NCBI RefSeq assembly: GCF_006345805.1
Contig: NW_021826417.1
Span: 1-12,976, forward strand
Direction: 5' to 3'
From: Octopus sinensis
Lineage: Eukaryota
Length of the DNA stretch: 12,976 bases
The notes beneath the pieces are model-generated. The model did not search any database. It was not told where the DNA came from and saw only the letters and a list, made by a program, of their open reading frames with translations. The position numbers and the translations under genes are program-made. Shown here one piece after another: positions 10,091-12,976 of the stretch (position 1 is the stretch's first letter; each line of letters starts with the position of its first letter).

Positions 10091-10145
10091 GTATATATAT
10101 GCGCGCACACATACACACACATACGCGCGCACACACAGACATATA
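9944..10145. repeat. Compound (TATG)n(TA)n(CA)n microsatellite
   Basis: Directly visible; explains the ORF cluster 9801..10304. Confidence 0.97.
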
Positions 10146-11054
10146 CGTAGGAATGTATTTACATAGGTAGAAGGAGGGCGACTTGGGACACGCTATTGGG
10201 GTTTCTATTAAGTGATGGTCTGTATGTTTCTGTGTGTAGGATGTTTGTCTCTCTTTGTGGATATGCCTTTGTGCGCGAGCGAGCGTTTGTCTACAAGTGT
10301 GCACGTTTATGCATTTATGTGATTATACCACGATTAAGATTATACAAACACACAGAGGTCTCATAGAGAGCCATCGTTTACATCATACATGTAAAATATA
10401 CAAAGCCTGAAGGAAAACATTCCCTCTAGTCAGCCATGATGATAGCCTGGATAGCAGGAAGGAAAGAAAAACAACATAGTTATAAAAACAAAAACAAAAT
10501 AAATGTGCCACAAAACACGAAAAAGATAAAAATAATAAAAATAGTATAGCTAGATGGAACAGTTAAAAGGAGACCCTAATATCGACATTCTCCACGACAA
10601 GGAGTTGTCTTGTCTTGCAGTCAAACACAATTATCAAATAGAATCAACTAAAGTTCTCAAAATAGACTCGTTTATCCCCAGTTATTGACTTAAGTTCTTG
10701 CGAGGCGGTTGTGGGAAGAAATTTTACCTAAATTCTTGAGGCTTTTGTTACAAATGTTATCATTTTTGTTTTTGTTATTGTTTTTCTTTTTTCATGTTTT
10801 ACGTTCTTGCTAGTTTACATTTTTGTGGTAAAAGTTGGAAAGTATATTGGAAAAAAATATATATAAGAGAAGCAAAAAATGAAGGATAAGTGTCAAAATA
10901 ATTAGGCGTTAAATCAGACATTAGACAAACGCCAGAAATCATCAGACGGTCCTTCGTTTTGTGTAACACACACACACAATGTCATTACTAGCGACAGAGA
11001 AAGACGGCGCCAAGCAGCGAGGAAGAAATAATAATAATAACAGTAATAATAATA

Positions 11055-11330
11055 GAAGGTCGTGGTCAATGAAGAGAGTAGACGCGATACCGAAAGTAAT
11101 TGGTGCAGTTGGAAGTATCGGCACTTAACTGCCAGCATGGCTGAAAACAATCGGTGCAATTATGAAGGTAGAACACCTACAAAAATCAGCATTGCTTGGA
11201 AATGCAAGAATTATACACAGGGCTCTTGAAGCATGACCAGTAAAACAAGTGTCACCTTAGTATGTTGGCTGTGGACAGCTGACACTTTCCATCATACCCC
11301 GCAAAATAAGCTGTGAGTTTTCATATAATA
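11055..11330 (+). mobile_element. 3' fragment of an R4/Dong-like non-LTR retrotransposon (RLE-domain C-terminus plus 3' UTR), pseudogenised
   Basis: 11063-11236 translates as WSMKRVDAIPKVIGAVGSIGT*LPAWLKTIGAIMKVEHLQKSALLGNARIIHRALEA*. This fits the W..k.v.viPvVIGALG...LQK.aLLGtarIlr.vL C-terminus of R4/Dong RLE elements. It is flanked by (TAA)n at 11027-11054 and TAA/TGA repeats at 11326-11355. Confidence 0.8.
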
Positions 11331-11359
11331 GTAATGATGATGATGATGATGTTGATGTA

Positions 11360-11757
11360 TCAGGCAGTTTTTCTCATGATTTATGATCTTAACTGATTGG
11401 AAGTGTTATCATGTACATTGTTTGTCTTGGTATAAAAGATGGGCAACAGCAAAGATTCTGCTCAATACCACAGATTTGCTTGTCAGTTGTTTGACTTTAA
11501 CCTTAGAGGCTGACGATATGCGCATCTCTGATCACCAGCAGAAGTATTCGGGGAGCATCATAGCCATGTGTTGAGATGAATTCTTTGGGGTTTGAATAAT
11601 TCACCTGAGGAAACATGGGTGCTTCGTTCAACATCCTTTAACAACCCTTATTCGGAGATCTTTTGAGCGGGATGGGCTACGCGACCTGAAGAAAATTCTA
11701 ATGACGCTCCACCTGTAAGGTCATGCACTGTTTATCTTGATTTGAGATTACCTTGTC
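11360..11757. repeat. Probable interspersed repeat fragment (class not determined)
   Basis: Non-coding and higher in GC than its flanks, bounded by microsatellites. From memory only, it resembles a high-copy Octopus interspersed repeat; not verifiable without a search. Confidence 0.3.
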
Positions 11758-11955
11758 GTGTGTGTATGTGTGTGTGTGTGTTTGTGTGTGCGGTTAGAGA
11801 ACATAATTATTTAAAATTTAAATAATGAAGGTGATAAATTGAATCTTAATTCAATTAACATCAATTTAAAACATCAATTTAAAACCAACATTAGCTGCAG
11901 TGAATTATCTACTGCGGGATTTGGCGCGCCAGAACTTAGACATTTGAAAATAACC

Positions 11956-12032
11956 TCAATGTAACTGGTAGAACTATACACACGTCTAATTTTATGAGGA
12001 CAACTCGTGTATAGTTCTACAAATTATATTGA
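11956..12032. other. Hairpin with a perfect 14 bp core stem
   Basis: GTAGAACTATACAC (11968-11981) and GTGTATAGTTCTAC (12007-12020) are exact reverse complements. Imperfect pairing extends outward (TCAATGTAA/TTATATTGA). Confidence 0.8.
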
Positions 12033-12246
12033 ATTGGAACGCTCGAACTGAAGATACCACGGATGATGATTTCGTAAGTAAAATCGTTAATGACGAAATC
12101 GGTCTACGATTAATTCTGTATTTTGTATATTTTCATCTGTCTTACCCGCTTATGTTCTGGTGTTTCCTGAATTTCTCTAGAGAACATTCTTTTCTTTGTG
12201 GTTAGATCGTAGATCATCTTCTAGCATATTCTAGCTTATTATACAC

Positions 12247-12281
<35 letters not shown>

Positions 12282-12399
12282 ACAAGATAAGGGCAGAAGA
12301 AAAATTCTAATGTCAAATATGCTGAAACAAAAAATTGTCGATAACCATTATAATTTATGCGTCTCGAAACAAACCGATATAAATCTCTAAAAAATTTGT

Positions 12400-12465
12400 T
12401 ATTACCGTATTGGTCCAATTTCGGGGTTAATTCATACGAAATTTTCCCCTCTTCAGCGGCAAATA
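12400..12465 (-). ncRNA. Type I hammerhead ribozyme
   Basis: Minus strand reads TATTTGCCG CTGAAGA GGGG (19 nt loop) CCCC GAAA TTGG A CCAA TA CGGTAATA. All core nucleotides are present, with a G10.1-C11.1 pair, a palindromic stem III and an AUA triplet. Stem I is CCG/CGG plus G-U, A-U pairs and a bulge. Predicted cleavage is between 12408 and 12407. Confidence 0.85.
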
Positions 12466-12591
12466 CGCGAGATATAAATGAAATACTTACTCATACCCAC
12501 GGAAAAAGCAAGCACTAAGTCACTGAGCAGACATAAGTACCCCAAATATATTCAAAATAGAAAAATCTTCGGCGCACCTCGAGACACGTGT

Positions 12592-12647
12592 GATTCGAAC
12601 TAGAAACTTTCACACAGTGATAGAATCCGGAAGTGAACACTAATCTA
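12592..12647 (-). promoter_or_regulatory. tRNA-like internal Pol III promoter (A box and B box)
   Basis: Minus strand has TAGATTAGTGT (12647-12637; 9/11 to TRGCNNARYGG) and GTTCGAATC (12600-12592), 36 nt apart as in tRNA genes. No complete cloverleaf. Confidence 0.45.
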
Positions 12648-12677
12648 TTTATAATTAATATAGGATAAAATGTTTTT

Positions 12678-12976
12678 CGGGAAAAAAATTTTATCAATGG
12701 CCAGCATATCAAAAAATGCCTTTAAAGGTAAAATTTATACATAATTTACAAGATAAGGGCAGACGAAAAATTCTAATGCCAAATATGCCGAAACAAATAT
12801 TTTTTAGAGATTTCTATCGGTTTGTTTCGAGACGCATAAATTATAATGGTTATGACAATTTTTTGTTTCGGCATATTTGGCATTAGAATTTTTCTTCTGC
12901 CTTATCTTGTAAATTATATATAAATTTTACCTTTAAAGGCATTTTTGATGCTGGCCATTGATAAAAATTTTTCCCG
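12678..12976. repeat. Imperfect inverted repeat, ~118 bp arms (12678-12797 / 12862-12976), truncated by the window end
   Basis: Manual reverse complement: CGGGAAAA..TTATCAATGGCCAGCAT..GCCGAAACAAA vs TTTGTTTCGGC..ATGCTGGCCATTGATAA..TTTTCCCG. Confidence 0.95.

Larger units (their letters stand above)
12272..12976 (-). mobile_element. Retrozyme-like non-autonomous element 2: 466 bp unit (12275-12740), partial direct repeat and fold-back running off the window
   Basis: ATAATTTACAAGATAAGGG at 12275 recurs at 12741. 12799-12976 is the reverse complement of unit sequence. It contains an intact hammerhead and tRNA-like A/B boxes on the same strand and starts at a (TA)n tract. Confidence 0.75.

Noticed and set aside
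9801-10304. Cluster of seven ORFs including a 167 aa one
   Set aside because: Mostly TATG/TA/CA repeats lacking stops; only 9706-9943 is unique sequence and it is treated separately.
11857-11886. AACATCAATTTAA tandem duplication
   Set aside because: A two-copy slippage duplication in AT-rich DNA with no functional sign.
12031-12116. CTGAAGA ... GAAATCG-gtcta-CGATT hammerhead-like pattern with a GATTTCGT/ACGAAATC hairpin
   Set aside because: Stem III is plausible, but no stem II closes the core and no stem I pairs next to the core.
1-12976. CRISPR arrays, rRNA, complete tRNA genes or prokaryotic operons
   Set aside because: None seen; repeats are microsatellites or two-copy elements, and the tRNA-like segment lacks a cloverleaf.

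Overview
AT-rich eukaryotic DNA, about one third compound microsatellite ((TA)n, (CA)n, (TATC)n, (TACA)n, (GA)n). The repeat landscape looks like a cephalopod (Octopus-type) genome; that is an inference, not verified. Well-supported content: a 5'-truncated intronless PI-PLC X-domain gene (to 1246) with a two-helix transmembrane insertion inside the catalytic barrel, a decayed CR1-group LINE 3' end (4469-5340, minus), and an R4/Dong-like non-LTR 3' end inside a TAA microsatellite (11055-11330). The main finding is a pair of related non-coding elements (2963-3759 and 12272-12976). Each is a 466-551 bp unit plus a partial direct repeat plus a fold-back inversion. They share a hairpin/TGGCCAGCAT/AAAGGTAA module and carry a minus-strand type I hammerhead ribozyme, intact at 12400-12465 and degenerate at 3104-3165. 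This is the architecture of Penelope-mobilised retrozymes. Between the microsatellites are several coding-like islands with apparent very short introns (best case 6080-6971). These may be compact-genome parasite DNA such as a dicyemid, or an assembly mosaic. Most ORF-track entries are translated microsatellites.
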